Shown: piece by piece, positions 1 to 9,105 of the stretch
Numbering within the stretch: the first letter of the stretch is position 1
Layout: the number at the start of each line of letters is the position of its first letter
Assembly: GCF_000195755.1 (NCBI RefSeq)
Contig: NC_002937.3
Location: forward strand, 1,740,001 to 1,772,000
Length of the DNA: 32,000 nucleotides
DNA from: Nitratidesulfovibrio vulgaris str. Hildenborough
GTDB taxonomy: Bacteria > Desulfobacterota > Desulfovibrionia > Desulfovibrionales > Desulfovibrionaceae
Direction: 5' to 3'
Program-made: the position numbers and the translations under genes
Notes under the pieces: generated by a model
What the model was told of the DNA's origin: nothing
Database searches by the model: none
The model's input: only the letters and a program-made list of their open reading frames with translations

Positions 1-92
1 ATGGTGGGAAGAGGATGAGTTACTCGCATGACATGCCGGTCTCAAGCGAACCTGTTTGGCCCTCCACGGACGCCAACATACACATAACTACG

Positions 93-141
93 CAAAAAGA
101 CCGGGGTTCGTGGATGCCTGCGGACATCTGCGAACCCCGGT
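93..141 (-). terminator. Rho-independent terminator downstream of tRNA-Met
   Basis: Perfect 11-bp stem accggggttcg (100-110) / cgaaccccggt (131-141). On the minus strand it is followed by TCTTTTT (rc of 93-99). The plus strand also has a T-rich tail (ttcatttg), so it could act in both directions. Confidence 0.6.
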
Positions 142-152
142 TCATTTGCTAG

Positions 153-229
153 TGGTAGCGAGGGAGGGAATTGAACCCCCGACACTGCGGATATGAGCCG
201 CATGCTCTGACCAACTGAGCTACCTCGCC
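153..229 (-). tRNA. tRNA with CAT anticodon (tRNA-Met elongator type; lysidine-modified tRNA-Ile2 not excluded)
   Basis: rc of 153-229 = GGCGAGGTAGCTCAGTTGGTCAGAGCATGCGGCTCATATCCGCAGTGTCGGGGGTTCAATTCCCTCCCTCGCTACCA. It folds as a cloverleaf: 7-bp acceptor stem (G1-U72 wobble), GCTC/GAGC D stem, anticodon loop CTCATAT, T loop TTCAATT, encoded CCA. The anticodon stem lacks the three consecutive G-C pairs typical of initiator tRNA. Confidence 0.9.
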
Positions 230-267
230 AAACCTGTCGTGACGTCTTCTCCGTCGCGACGGGTGAC

Positions 268-296
268 TCTTTACCCAAGCCACCCGACCTTTGCAA
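268..296 (-). promoter_or_regulatory. Candidate sigma70 promoter for tRNA-Met
   Basis: On the minus strand: TTGCAA (291-296), 17-nt spacer, TAAAGA (268-273), about 35 nt upstream of the tRNA 5' end. A perfect 12-bp palindrome ccgtcgcgacgg (251-262) lies in the leader. Confidence 0.35.
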
Positions 297-326
297 GCGT
301 TTTTTCGGAGAATCCCCCCAAAATGT

Positions 327-1124
327 TCAGTAGGCCATAAAATAGTAGACCAGCGGGGCGATGGCGAGGCGATACCAGGCGAAAGGCCTGAAGGTCATGC
401 GTCCGACCAGCGCAATGAAGAGTTTCACCGCCGCCCACGCGGAGAGGAACGACACGACAAAGCCCGTCGCGAAGAAAGGCAGGTCGGCCGGAGTGAAAAG
501 AGTCCAGCTCTTCAGCAGGTCGTAACCGGTTGCGGCGAACATGATGGGAACGGCGGCGATGAACGAGTACTCTGCGGCCAGCCCCCGGCGAGCCCCGAGA
601 AGCATGCCGCCCATGATAGTGGCCGCCGAACGCGAGAATCCGGGCCACAGGGCAAGGCATTGAAAGCAGCCTATGCCCAACGCAAGCGCAGGTGACATCT
701 CATCAAGGGTCATGTAGCGGGGCCGTTCCGTACGTCGTTCGACCAGCAGCATGAAGATTGCCCCCACAGCCAGGGCGATGGCAACGGTGGAGGGGGTGAA
801 AAGATGCGCCTTGATGGTAGAGTGGGCAGCGAGTCCGAGTACGCTCGCGGGCAGGCTGGTCAGCAACAGAAGCATGATGCCCCGTAGCCCTGCGAAGCGG
901 ACATAGGGCTGGGGGCGCAGCAGGCCCCAGAACCTGTCCCAGTACAGGACGACCACGGCGAGGATGGCTCCAAGCTGAATGGCGACTTCGAAGGTCGTGG
1001 CCTTGGGACCGGTGAACCCCAGCAACTCGCCCGTGATGATGAGGTGACCTGTCGAGGAGACGGGAAGGAACTCTGTCAGTCCTTCGACGAGGCCAAGAAT
1101 CGCAGCGGTGATCATGTCTGACAT
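327..1124 (-). CDS. uppP: Undecaprenyl-diphosphate phosphatase (UppP/BacA)
   Basis: 265 aa starting MSDMITAAILGLVEGLTEFLPVSSTGHLIITGELLGF, which carries the UppP N-terminal signature (E..LPVSSxGH). Polytopic membrane profile throughout. Start moved to ATG 1124 (Met49 of track ORF 327..1268), because the upstream extension is Arg/Pro/Ala-rich and does not look like this family. Confidence 0.9.
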   Translation of the reverse strand: MSDMITAAILGLVEGLTEFLPVSSTGHLIITGELLGFTGPKATTFEVAIQLGAILAVVVLYWDRFWGLLRPQPYVRFAGLRGIMLLLLTSLPASVLGLAAHSTIKAHLFTPSTVAIALAVGAIFMLLVERRTERPRYMTLDEMSPALALGIGCFQCLALWPGFSRSAATIMGGMLLGARRGLAAEYSFIAAVPIMFAATGYDLLKSWTLFTPADLPFFATGFVVSFLSAWAAVKLFIALVGRMTFRPFAWYRLAIAPLVYYFMAY

Positions 1125-1333
1125 GGTGGATGCTCCGTATGCCGGAAGTGCGGGATGAGCAGGGAGGGCATTGTGACAGGAACGAGTCGTTCCGCAGATG
1201 CCGATGGAGGAAGGCATGTCGGCTTCTCGCCGTTTGCGGGGGATAGCGTATGCCGCCGCGAGTTGCAAGGGGGGGGGCGTTCATGTAGATTGTCGCGTCG
1301 CAATGCCGCGGCAACCCACACAGGAGACAGGCC

Positions 1334-1528
1334 ATGACCACCATCGTAGGACACAACGAGCTCGTGCGCCGTGCCGCCTCTTTCGTTCTTGACGAGCACA
1401 GGGAACACCCCGACCGCTCGTTCGATAGCCTCAGTGAAGAGGCGTCCATGCGTTTCAACCTCGGCCCGCTCGACAGCGAGGCACTGCGTCGCATCCTCTG
1501 CGATGAGAAGGCCGAAGAAGCCCACTAG
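1334..1528 (+). CDS. Small hypothetical protein (64 aa)
   Basis: AGGAG at 1322-1326 lies 7 nt before ATG 1334. The protein is acidic and helical-looking (MTTIVGHNELVRRAASFVLDEHREHPDRSFDSL...). I recognise no family. It is in the same frame as lptF downstream. Confidence 0.5.
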   Translation: MTTIVGHNELVRRAASFVLDEHREHPDRSFDSLSEEASMRFNLGPLDSEALRRILCDEKAEEAH

Positions 1529-1570
1529 GGGGCCACTCTGCGCTCGTTCACGACTCTTCTGCAGAGGCAG

Positions 1571-2713
1571 GTGTTCAAGGAGCTTGTCTCCATCTTCCTG
1601 CTTTGTCTTGGTGCGTTGCTATCGCTCATCCTTATAGGACGGGGCCTGCAACTGCGCGAACTGTTTCTGGGGCTCGACCTTGGCCTCACAGACGCCACGC
1701 TGCTGTTTCTCTACCTTGTGCCCTTCTTCATGCTGCTGGTCGTTCCCGTGGCATGCATGTTGAGCGTGTTCCTGACCTTCCTGCGCATGAGCACCGACCG
1801 CGAACTCGTGGCGCTCAAGGCGGGGGGGGTGAGCATCTACCAGATGATGGCGGCACCGCTCGTTTTCTGCGTTCTCTGCGCGGGCCTCTCCCTCAGCATC
1901 TCGCTACACTGGCTGTCGTGGGGCATGGGCAATTTCCGCGCTACCATCATGGAAATCGCCAATACCCGCGCCCGCATCGTCATACAGCCCGGAGTCTTCA
2001 ACCAGGACATCCCCGGGCTGACACTTTTCGCGCGGCAGGTAGACCCGGCGACCGGCAACTTGCGTCAGGTCATCGTCGAGGACAGGTCGCGCCCGGGTTC
2101 TACGCTTACCATCGTCGCCCCGGAGGGGACGACCGCCACCGACGAAGTGCGCGGAGAGATACTGTTCCACCTGCGTGACGGTCGCATCTACAAGGCCGAT
2201 GGCGAGAACGTGAGTGTGCTGGGCTTTTCCGAATACAGCGTCCGTCTTGACCTCGACAAACTGTTCAAGGGCCTCGAGCTTGGCGAGATCAAGCCCAAGG
2301 AAATGTCGTGGAGGCAGCTGGCGGGGCTCGACCTCAATAGATACGAGGCCGAGATGGGCGAACGCTATGTCCGCAAGGTTCTGGTAGAGGTGCATAAACG
2401 ATGGGCGCTTCCGGCAGCCTGCATCGTGCTGGGCATCTTCGCTCTGCCTCTCGCCTGCGCCTTCGAAGGGCTGCGCAGACAACTCGGCGTGGCGCTCGCG
2501 CTTGTGATGTTCCTTGTGTACTACAGCATGCTTTCGCTTGGGCTGAGCACCGGTGAAGCGGGAACGGTTCCTCCGGTCGTGGGGCTATGGGCTCCCAACG
2601 TCCTGTTCCTTGTGGCAGGGCTCTATGGTCTGCGGCTGACGGCACGTGAGCGTGCGCCCTCCATCACCAGCCTTGTCGGCCACTTCATCAGCCAGAAGAG
2701 GAACAGACCGTGA
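1571..2713 (+). CDS. lptF: LPS export ABC transporter permease, LptF/LptG (YjgP/YjgQ) family
   Basis: 380 aa with N-terminal TM helices, a central periplasmic beta-jellyroll-like region and C-terminal TM helices, paralogous to the next gene. GTG 1571 is the first canonical start, but the true start may lie upstream (see findings). Its stop overlaps the lptG start (GTGA, 2710-2713). Confidence 0.8.
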   Translation: MFKELVSIFLLCLGALLSLILIGRGLQLRELFLGLDLGLTDATLLFLYLVPFFMLLVVPVACMLSVFLTFLRMSTDRELVALKAGGVSIYQMMAAPLVFCVLCAGLSLSISLHWLSWGMGNFRATIMEIANTRARIVIQPGVFNQDIPGLTLFARQVDPATGNLRQVIVEDRSRPGSTLTIVAPEGTTATDEVRGEILFHLRDGRIYKADGENVSVLGFSEYSVRLDLDKLFKGLELGEIKPKEMSWRQLAGLDLNRYEAEMGERYVRKVLVEVHKRWALPAACIVLGIFALPLACAFEGLRRQLGVALALVMFLVYYSMLSLGLSTGEAGTVPPVVGLWAPNVLFLVAGLYGLRLTARERAPSITSLVGHFISQKRNRP

Positions 2714-3792
2714 CCCTGCTTTTCAGATACCTTTTCCGGAACAACCTGCAGGTCATCCTGCCTACGCTTGCCGTGGGCACCGGACTGTATCTTCTCTCGG
2801 ACCTGTTCGACAGGCTGGACGACATCCTCGAAGCGGGCGTGCCCGGCAACGTTGCCATATGGTATTTCGTGGCCAAGACGCCGCTCATTATCTCGCAGAT
2901 TCTGCCGGCAGTGTTCCTGCTGGCTGCACTCATCCAGCTGTGCCTCATGTCCCGTGACCGGGAGTTGATGGCCCTGCAGGCGGGCGGCGTCTCGTTTGGA
3001 GCCATAGCCCGCTTCTTCGTCGTCTACGGGCTCCTATGGGCGGTGTTGCAGCTTGGCTTCTCCCAGGTGCTAGGCGTTGCCGGAGAGCGTGAATCTGCGC
3101 GCATCTGGCAAGAACAGGTGAGGGGACGCACCCCTGGAACCCGCGACCTGACCAATGTATGGTTTACCGATGACAACCATGTCATCCATCTGGAAGTGGT
3201 CACGCCAGCCCTGCGCAAGGGGCAGGGCTTTGCCGCCTACGGCCTCGCTGCGGACGGCATCCATATAGATACCGTCATCCGGGCCAAAGCCTTCACAGGC
3301 ACGGCCGGGACATGGAAACTGCAAGATGTCGAGGTCTTCTCCACGCGCGACTTCGGTCATGCAAAGCTTCCTGAGATGTCCATCGCCATAGGGCAGGACC
3401 CGCAGGACTTTGCCGTCATCGACCCCGGTGCCGACCCGCAGCGCCTGCCGCTGTGGCAGTTGGGTGACGCCGTAGAGAAATTGCGCACGGCGGGTTCCAA
3501 CGTCGAGGGGCTGCGGACTGCATGGCATATGAAACTCGCCTACGCCGCTTCGCTTGTCGTCATGGGCTTGCTTGCGGTCGCCATGGTCACATGGCGCGAC
3601 AACATCTACCTCGCCACCGGACTCGCCCTCGTCTTCACCTTCCTGTTCTATACGATGTTCACCATCGGCAGCACGCTCGGGCAGAAGGGCATAGTCTCTC
3701 CTCCGATTGCCGCGTGGGGAGCGGACATTCTGGTGGGCGTCGTCGCTTCGGCGCGGCTACTGCTCGTACTGCGCCCCCGGTCATTACGGTGA
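2710..3792 (+). CDS. lptG: LPS export ABC transporter permease, LptF/LptG family
   Basis: 360 aa starting MTLLFRYLFRNNLQVILPTLAVGTGLYLLSDLFDRLDD, a typical LptG/LptF N-terminus. Same architecture as the upstream paralogue. GTG start overlaps the lptF stop. Confidence 0.85.
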   Translation: MTLLFRYLFRNNLQVILPTLAVGTGLYLLSDLFDRLDDILEAGVPGNVAIWYFVAKTPLIISQILPAVFLLAALIQLCLMSRDRELMALQAGGVSFGAIARFFVVYGLLWAVLQLGFSQVLGVAGERESARIWQEQVRGRTPGTRDLTNVWFTDDNHVIHLEVVTPALRKGQGFAAYGLAADGIHIDTVIRAKAFTGTAGTWKLQDVEVFSTRDFGHAKLPEMSIAIGQDPQDFAVIDPGADPQRLPLWQLGDAVEKLRTAGSNVEGLRTAWHMKLAYAASLVVMGLLAVAMVTWRDNIYLATGLALVFTFLFYTMFTIGSTLGQKGIVSPPIAAWGADILVGVVASARLLLVLRPRSLR

Positions 3793-3811
3793 GAGTCCCC
3801 CCTGACAACCG

Positions 3812-3843
3812 AAAGGCCGTGGTCTCCCACGGCCTTTTCCTTT
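3812..3843. terminator. Bidirectional rho-independent terminator between convergent lptG and engB
   Basis: Stem aaaggccgtgg (3812-3822) / ccacggccttt (3827-3837) with loop tctc. T-rich tails follow on both strands. Confidence 0.7.
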
Positions 3844-3910
3844 GAAAGCGAACGGTGCATCACTGAAAAGCCCCGTGGTGTGACCACGCCAGCCCCTTTT
3901 GTGATGTGAG

Positions 3911-4561
3911 CTATGCTGTCACGTCGTCGATGGCATCACTGGTATCCGAAGGGGCATCTTCCGCTTCGTCGTCGGCAGATAGTCCGCCAGCGGCAAGGGC
4001 ACGCAGTTCGCGCCACAGGTCGGCGATGCCGAGCCCCGTCATGGACGCGGTGACGAGGGGCTTTCTGCCCCCCAGAAGCACCGCCCACTGCTTCTGCCTG
4101 TCGGAACGTTCACGCAGCTTGCACTTGTCACCCTTGGTCAGCACGGGCAGCAACGGAATGTTGTTGGCACGGGCGTAGCTGGTGAGGTCGACATCCAGCC
4201 GTTGCGGGTCGAGACGGCAATCGAGAAGTACGGCAAGACCCCGCAGGCTCTTGCATGAGACGATGTACTTCTCGATGAGCTTTGCCCACTTTTTGCGTTC
4301 TTCCTTGCTGCACTGGGCATAGCCGTATCCCGGAAGGTCTACGATGTAGAATCCTTCCGGTTCGACTCTGTAGTAGTTGACGCTGCGGGTCTTGCCAGGT
4401 GTCGAACTCGTCTTCGCCAGTTGCTTGCGACGGGCAAGAGCGTTGACGAGTGACGACTTGCCGACATTGGATCGTCCGGCAAGGGCTATCTGTGGCGCGT
4501 CCAGATGTATGAGTTGTTCCAGCGTATAGGCTGTGGTTTCAAGCACAAGGGTCGATGACAT
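3911..4561 (-). CDS. engB: Ribosome biogenesis GTPase YsxC/EngB (YihA)
   Basis: G1 [10 protein letters not shown]3 DLPGYG and G4 TKGDK, in the order and spacing typical of EngB. It carries an acidic Ala/Asp-rich C-terminal tail. Confidence 0.9.
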
Positions 4562-4603
4562 GGGGTATCCTGCTGTTTTATCAGGGAGCGGGCAGGGCGC
4601 ATC

Positions 4604-4633
4604 TTGACAACGCCCCCCGTCTTGGAAGACAAT
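4604..4633 (+). promoter_or_regulatory. Candidate sigma70 promoter for aroQ-efp
   Basis: TTGACA (4604-4609), 18-nt spacer, GACAAT (4628-4633). A 15-bp palindrome follows immediately (4641-4655). Confidence 0.4.
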
Positions 4634-4705
4634 GTTAGCTTGCCCAAGTTGGGCATAGCAAACCCACCTTAAAGCATTACAGCAGGAAACTCAAACGAGG
4701 ACACC

Positions 4706-5173
4706 ATGCCAAGTTATAGGCTGCTCATCATGAACGGCCCCAATCTCGGTGCGCTTGGTGAACGCCAGCCCGAGATATACGGAACGACAGGCATGGATAC
4801 CGTGCCTGCCCTTGTGAAGAGCCTTCTTGGTCCCGCCGCATCCGACATCGAACTGACGTTCTTCCAGTCGAACCATGAGGGCGCGCTCATCGACCGTCTT
4901 GAGCAGGCACGCCGCGACGGGGTGGATGGTGTCATCCTCAACGCGGGTGCGTTCACGCACACCAGCCTTGCCTTGGCAGACTGCCTTGCGTGGATTGGCA
5001 TCCCGTGTGTCGAGGTCCACCTCAGCAATGTCATGGCGCGGCAAGAGCCCATGCGTCACAAGAGCCTCATCGGCAGACACGTTATCGGCATTATCGCGGG
5101 TTTTGGCATCATGGGCTACGCCCTCGCCGTACAGGCGATGGTGCAGCATTCGAGAAAGAGCGGCGACGCTTAG
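4706..5173 (+). CDS. aroQ: Type II 3-dehydroquinate dehydratase
   Basis: 155 aa. Contains [42 protein letters not shown] and EVHLSNV, the characteristic AroQ motifs. Confidence 0.95.
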
Positions 5174-5213
5174 GCGGGCGCCACATTCATACGACCAGCA
5201 TACCGGAGGATTC

Positions 5214-5771
5214 ATGTATTCGACCACCGACTTCAGGAAGGGCCTGAAGATTGAACTGGACGGCACCCCGTTCGAAATCGTCGATTTCCAGCATTTCAAG
5301 CCGGGCAAGGGCGGCGCCATGGTGCGCACCAAGCTTCGCAACATCCTGAACGGCCGGGTTGTCGACAATACCTTCCGTTCCGGCGAAAAGGTGGGGCGTC
5401 CCGACCTTGAAAGTCGCGACATGCAGTACCTCTACCATGAGGGCGACGACCTCGTGCTCATGGACCTCACGACCTATGAGCAACTGTACATGCATGAAGA
5501 CCTCACCGACGGCAAGGCCGGCTTCCTGAAGGACGGCCAGCAGGTGCGCGTGCTGCTGTACAACGGCAAGCCCCTTGACCTTGAACTGCCGGTGTCTCTC
5601 GTCCTTGAAGTGGTCGAAACCGAACCCGGCGCCAAGGGTGACACGGTCAGCAACGTCACCAAGCCCGCCAAGCTGGAGACCGGCATCGTCGTGCAGGTGC
5701 CCATCTTTGTGAACCAGGGCGACCGCATCAAGGTCGACACCCGTTCACGCGAATACCTCGGTCGCGAATAG
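5214..5771 (+). CDS. efp: Translation elongation factor P
   Basis: 185 aa starting [43 protein letters not shown] (KPGKG loop). GGAGGA at 5205-5210 precedes ATG 5214. The track ORF 4875..5771 is an upstream read-in extension. Confidence 0.95.
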
Positions 5772-5810
5772 CCACCCGCGTCCTCTGTGGACGACTTGGC
5801 CCTGTTCATG

Positions 5811-5852
5811 TAAGGGATATGGTCGATTGCGGCCGTATCCCTTATCATTTCC
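5811..5852 (+). terminator. Hairpin, possible efp terminator
   Basis: 9-bp perfect stem taagggata (5811-5819) / tatccctta (5836-5844) with a 16-nt loop, followed by tcatttcc. The U tract is weak. Confidence 0.4.
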
Positions 5853-5900
5853 AACGCCCCGGAGGGTACCGCCACGGAAGGCAACAAGCTGGCCCGCGAA

Positions 5901-8231
5901 TTGCTCGGGCTGTTCCTCATTTTCTGGGGGCTGCTGCTTCTGCTCAGCCTTGCCACGTTCGACCTGCGTGACCCGAGTCTCAATCATGTCGTAAGCAACC
6001 CGACCGAAATCCGCAACGGTGCCGGGATGTTCGGCTCATATCTCGGGGGAATGCTCGCCGACGCCTTCGGCATTGCCGCCTTCCTGTGGCCTGTCGGCTT
6101 CATCGGCCTTGGTGCGCGTTACATCATCGTCAGCTTCGACATCGCATGGTGGCGATGGGCGGGCCTGCTGGCGCTTTCTCTGTGCATGGTGACAGCAGGG
6201 GCCGCGTGGGAGTTGTCCCTCGGTGATGTCAACGCTGGAGGCGTCCTTGGCGACCTGCTCTACCGTTTCTCGTGGAAGGCCCTCAGTCCGCGAGGCTCCA
6301 CCCTTGTGTGGCTGTTCCTGTGCATCATCGGGTTGCAACTCACCTTCGACATTTCGTGGACGGCGCTTTTCAGACGCATCGTGGACAAGGTCCGCGCAGA
6401 CCTTGAAGCGCACCCCGTTTCACGTCCCCAGTTGCCCGAACTCAAGTTGCCACGTCTCGGCCTGCCTTCCGGGTTGCACCTTCCCGGCCGCAAGGGCGCC
6501 GAGGGCAATGCGCCTGCGACACTGGCTGTCGTCGATGTCACCCCCGACGGCAGCGACAGCACGAACGGCGCACCGAGCGTTGTAGCCCGAGAGGCTTCAA
6601 CGCCACGCGGCATGCCTGTCGAAACCGACGACTTCGTGCTCTCCGAAGACCGTCTGCAACCCCCTGCAAGCGAATTGCCGTTCGAGGTGGTTCTGGATGC
6701 CGACACCGACGGTGTTGCCGACCTCACGGCCGATGTAGAGAGCGACATTTCAGAAGGGGCCGGCCGCCCGAAGGCCAAGATGCGTCGCAAGTCGCAGTTG
6801 CCCCCGCTTGACCTGTTGCACAGCGCCCTCAACGAAGACAGCCGGCCCGATCGTGAGGTGCTTGAAGGCAAGGGGCTCAGTCTCACCAACTGTCTTTCCG
6901 ACTTCGGGGTTCAGGGCGAGCTGACCCGCATCACCCCCGGACCCGTCGTCACCATGTTCGAGTTTCGCCCCGCGCCCGGCGTGAAGGTGAGCCGTATCGC
7001 CAATCTCAGCGACGACCTGGCCCTTGCGCTCAAGGCCATAGCCGTGCGCATTCAGGCTCCCATTCCCGGCACGGACACGGTGGGCATCGAGATCCCCAAT
7101 GAGACACGCGAGACGGTGTGCTTCAAGGAGTTGCTGTCGTCCGACACCTTCAAGGGGGCAAGCTCGCTGCTCACACTCGCCATCGGCAAGGATATCGCCG
7201 GACGTCCGACAGTGGCCGACCTTTCGAAGATGCCCCACCTTCTTGTGGCAGGGGCCACGGGTGCGGGCAAGAGCGTATGTCTCAACTCCATCCTGCTCAG
7301 CATCCTGTACAAGGCGCGCCCCGAAGACGTGAAGCTGCTCCTCGTGGACCCCAAGCGCATCGAACTTGCCGTCTATGCCGACCTGCCGCATCTTGTGCAC
7401 CCTGTGGTCACGGAGATGGCCCACGCCAAGAACGCCCTCGACTGGGCCGTGCACGAGATGGACAAGCGCTATGAGGGGATGGCCCGGCTGGGAGTCCGTA
7501 ACATCGCGGGGTACAACCAGAAGCTTGAGGACATGGGCAAGGAGCGTCCGGCAGACCTTGCCGACCTTGAGGCCATGCCATATCTCGTCATCATCATCGA
7601 CGAACTGGCAGACCTCATGCTCACTGCCGCCAAAGAGGTGGAGACCAGCATCGTGCGTCTGGCACAGCTTGCCCGCGCTGCAGGCATTCACCTCATCCTC
7701 GCCACGCAGCGGCCCAGCGTGGATGTCGTCACGGGACTCATCAAGGCGAACTTCCCGTGTCGCATATCGTTCCAGGTCACTTCGAAGCACGATTCGCGGA
7801 CGATTCTCGATACCGTAGGGGCCGAATTCCTTCTCGGAAAGGGCGACATGCTCTTCAAGCCTAGCGGCGGCAAGCTTCAGCGCCTCCACGGTGCGTTCGT
7901 CAGCGACGATGACGTGAACGGCGTGGTCGCCTTCTGGAAAAAACAGCAGCCGCCTTCCTACAAGGTGGATTTCGCCGAGTGGGGCAATGAGGGAACCCTT
8001 GATGGCAACGGAGGCAGCGGGGGGGCTGGCGACCTTGCCGACGACCCTGTATACGCCGAAGCCGTCGAATTCGTCATGGGACAGGGCAGGGCGTCCATAT
8101 CGCTCATCCAGCGCCGGTTCCGCATCGGTTTCAACAGGGCGGCCCGCTACGTGGAACAGATGGAACAGGACGGCATCATAGGCCCGGCTGACGGCAGCAA
8201 ACCGCGCTCCGTCATCCGGGGTAAAGAATGA
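5901..8231 (+). CDS. ftsK: DNA translocase FtsK
   Basis: N-terminal TM helices, a Pro/Ala/Asp-rich linker, and a motor domain with Walker A GATGAGKS and Walker B YLVIIIDELAD. The C-terminal gamma-type winged helix reads ISLIQRRFRIGFNRAARYVEQMEQDGIIG. The listed start is TTG 5901, which lacks a correctly spaced SD; CTG 5889 has one (see findings). Confidence 0.9.
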   Translation: MLGLFLIFWGLLLLLSLATFDLRDPSLNHVVSNPTEIRNGAGMFGSYLGGMLADAFGIAAFLWPVGFIGLGARYIIVSFDIAWWRWAGLLALSLCMVTAGAAWELSLGDVNAGGVLGDLLYRFSWKALSPRGSTLVWLFLCIIGLQLTFDISWTALFRRIVDKVRADLEAHPVSRPQLPELKLPRLGLPSGLHLPGRKGAEGNAPATLAVVDVTPDGSDSTNGAPSVVAREASTPRGMPVETDDFVLSEDRLQPPASELPFEVVLDADTDGVADLTADVESDISEGAGRPKAKMRRKSQLPPLDLLHSALNEDSRPDREVLEGKGLSLTNCLSDFGVQGELTRITPGPVVTMFEFRPAPGVKVSRIANLSDDLALALKAIAVRIQAPIPGTDTVGIEIPNETRETVCFKELLSSDTFKGASSLLTLAIGKDIAGRPTVADLSKMPHLLVAGATGAGKSVCLNSILLSILYKARPEDVKLLLVDPKRIELAVYADLPHLVHPVVTEMAHAKNALDWAVHEMDKRYEGMARLGVRNIAGYNQKLEDMGKERPADLADLEAMPYLVIIIDELADLMLTAAKEVETSIVRLAQLARAAGIHLILATQRPSVDVVTGLIKANFPCRISFQVTSKHDSRTILDTVGAEFLLGKGDMLFKPSGGKLQRLHGAFVSDDDVNGVVAFWKKQQPPSYKVDFAEWGNEGTLDGNGGSGGAGDLADDPVYAEAVEFVMGQGRASISLIQRRFRIGFNRAARYVEQMEQDGIIGPADGSKPRSVIRGKE

Positions 8232-8248
8232 TACAAAGGAGTCGGTTC

Positions 8249-8926
8249 ATGAACCGTAAGACCCTTCGCGCCATCGCGCTCTCGGCGTTGCTGCTGCTTG
8301 GCGGCACGGCGTCCGCCCTCGCCGGGACTGCCGCGCAGGACATCCAGAAGCGTTACGATACGGTGACCACCCTCAAGGCGGCATTCACCCAGAAACTGCT
8401 GCATCGTGAGAGCGGTTCGACCGAGACGCGCAACGGCACCCTGCTTTTCCGCAAGCCCCTTCTCGTACGATGGGAGACCGGTGGAAAGAATCCGGAGGTG
8501 CTGGTCATCTCATCGCAGGACATCTGGAACTTCCTGCCCGATGAGGAACTCGCCTACCGTTACCCGCTAGACCTCGTGCAGGACTCGAAGTCCATCATCA
8601 AGGTCATCACGGGACAGGCGAAGCTCGATCAGGACTTCAATGTCGTCGAAGAAGGACAAGAGGAAGGGCTCACCCGGCTGCACCTCTACCCGAAGGAGCC
8701 TGTGCAGCAGTTGACTGAAGCCATCCTGTGGGTCGACCCGCAGGAGCACCTCATCCGCCGCGTTCGCGTCTACGACTTCTACGGGAACGAGAACGAGATA
8801 GACTTCACGAGCCTTGAAGCCAACGCGACCGTGGCGGACAAGGCATTCACCTTCACGCCGCCCAAGGGCACTGAAGTGCAGGACAGGCTGAAGGAAGGGG
8901 CTCCAGAAAAACAGCTATTCAACTGA
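8249..8926 (+). CDS. lolA: Outer-membrane lipoprotein carrier protein LolA
   Basis: Signal peptide MNRKTLRAIALSALLLLGGTASALA, then LolA-like TLKAAFTQ...G.LLFRKP..VRWE. AGGAG at 8237-8241 lies 7 nt before ATG 8249. The alternative in-frame ATG 8228 overlaps the ftsK stop (ATGA). Confidence 0.85.
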   Translation: MNRKTLRAIALSALLLLGGTASALAGTAAQDIQKRYDTVTTLKAAFTQKLLHRESGSTETRNGTLLFRKPLLVRWETGGKNPEVLVISSQDIWNFLPDEELAYRYPLDLVQDSKSIIKVITGQAKLDQDFNVVEEGQEEGLTRLHLYPKEPVQQLTEAILWVDPQEHLIRRVRVYDFYGNENEIDFTSLEANATVADKAFTFTPPKGTEVQDRLKEGAPEKQLFN

Positions 8927-8958
8927 TGCTTTAAGTATTCGCTCAAGCGAAGACACAA

Positions 8959-8994
8959 CAAGAGGCAGCCGTCCTTCGGGAAGGCTGCCTCTTG
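8959..8994. terminator. Strong hairpin between convergent lolA and rluB
   Basis: 12-bp perfect stem caagaggcagcc (8959-8970) / ggctgcctcttg (8983-8994) with a 12-nt loop. Flanks are moderately T-rich on both strands. Confidence 0.6.
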
Positions 8995-9105
8995 CTTATA
9001 TCGATGAAACCTCATGGATGATGCGCTGGTGTCGCTACCCATCCCCTCGAATTCGTATCGCAATGCCCTGTCATCATCCAAGACAAGCCGGAACCACCAG
9101 TGTGT

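Noticed and set aside
1526-1528. TAG between the in-frame small ORF and lptF as programmed read-through or pyrrolysine.
   Set aside because: TAG is used as an ordinary stop by several well-defined genes in this window (efp, lpxL-like, engB and the 54-aa ORF). No pyl genes or PYLIS-like context are visible.
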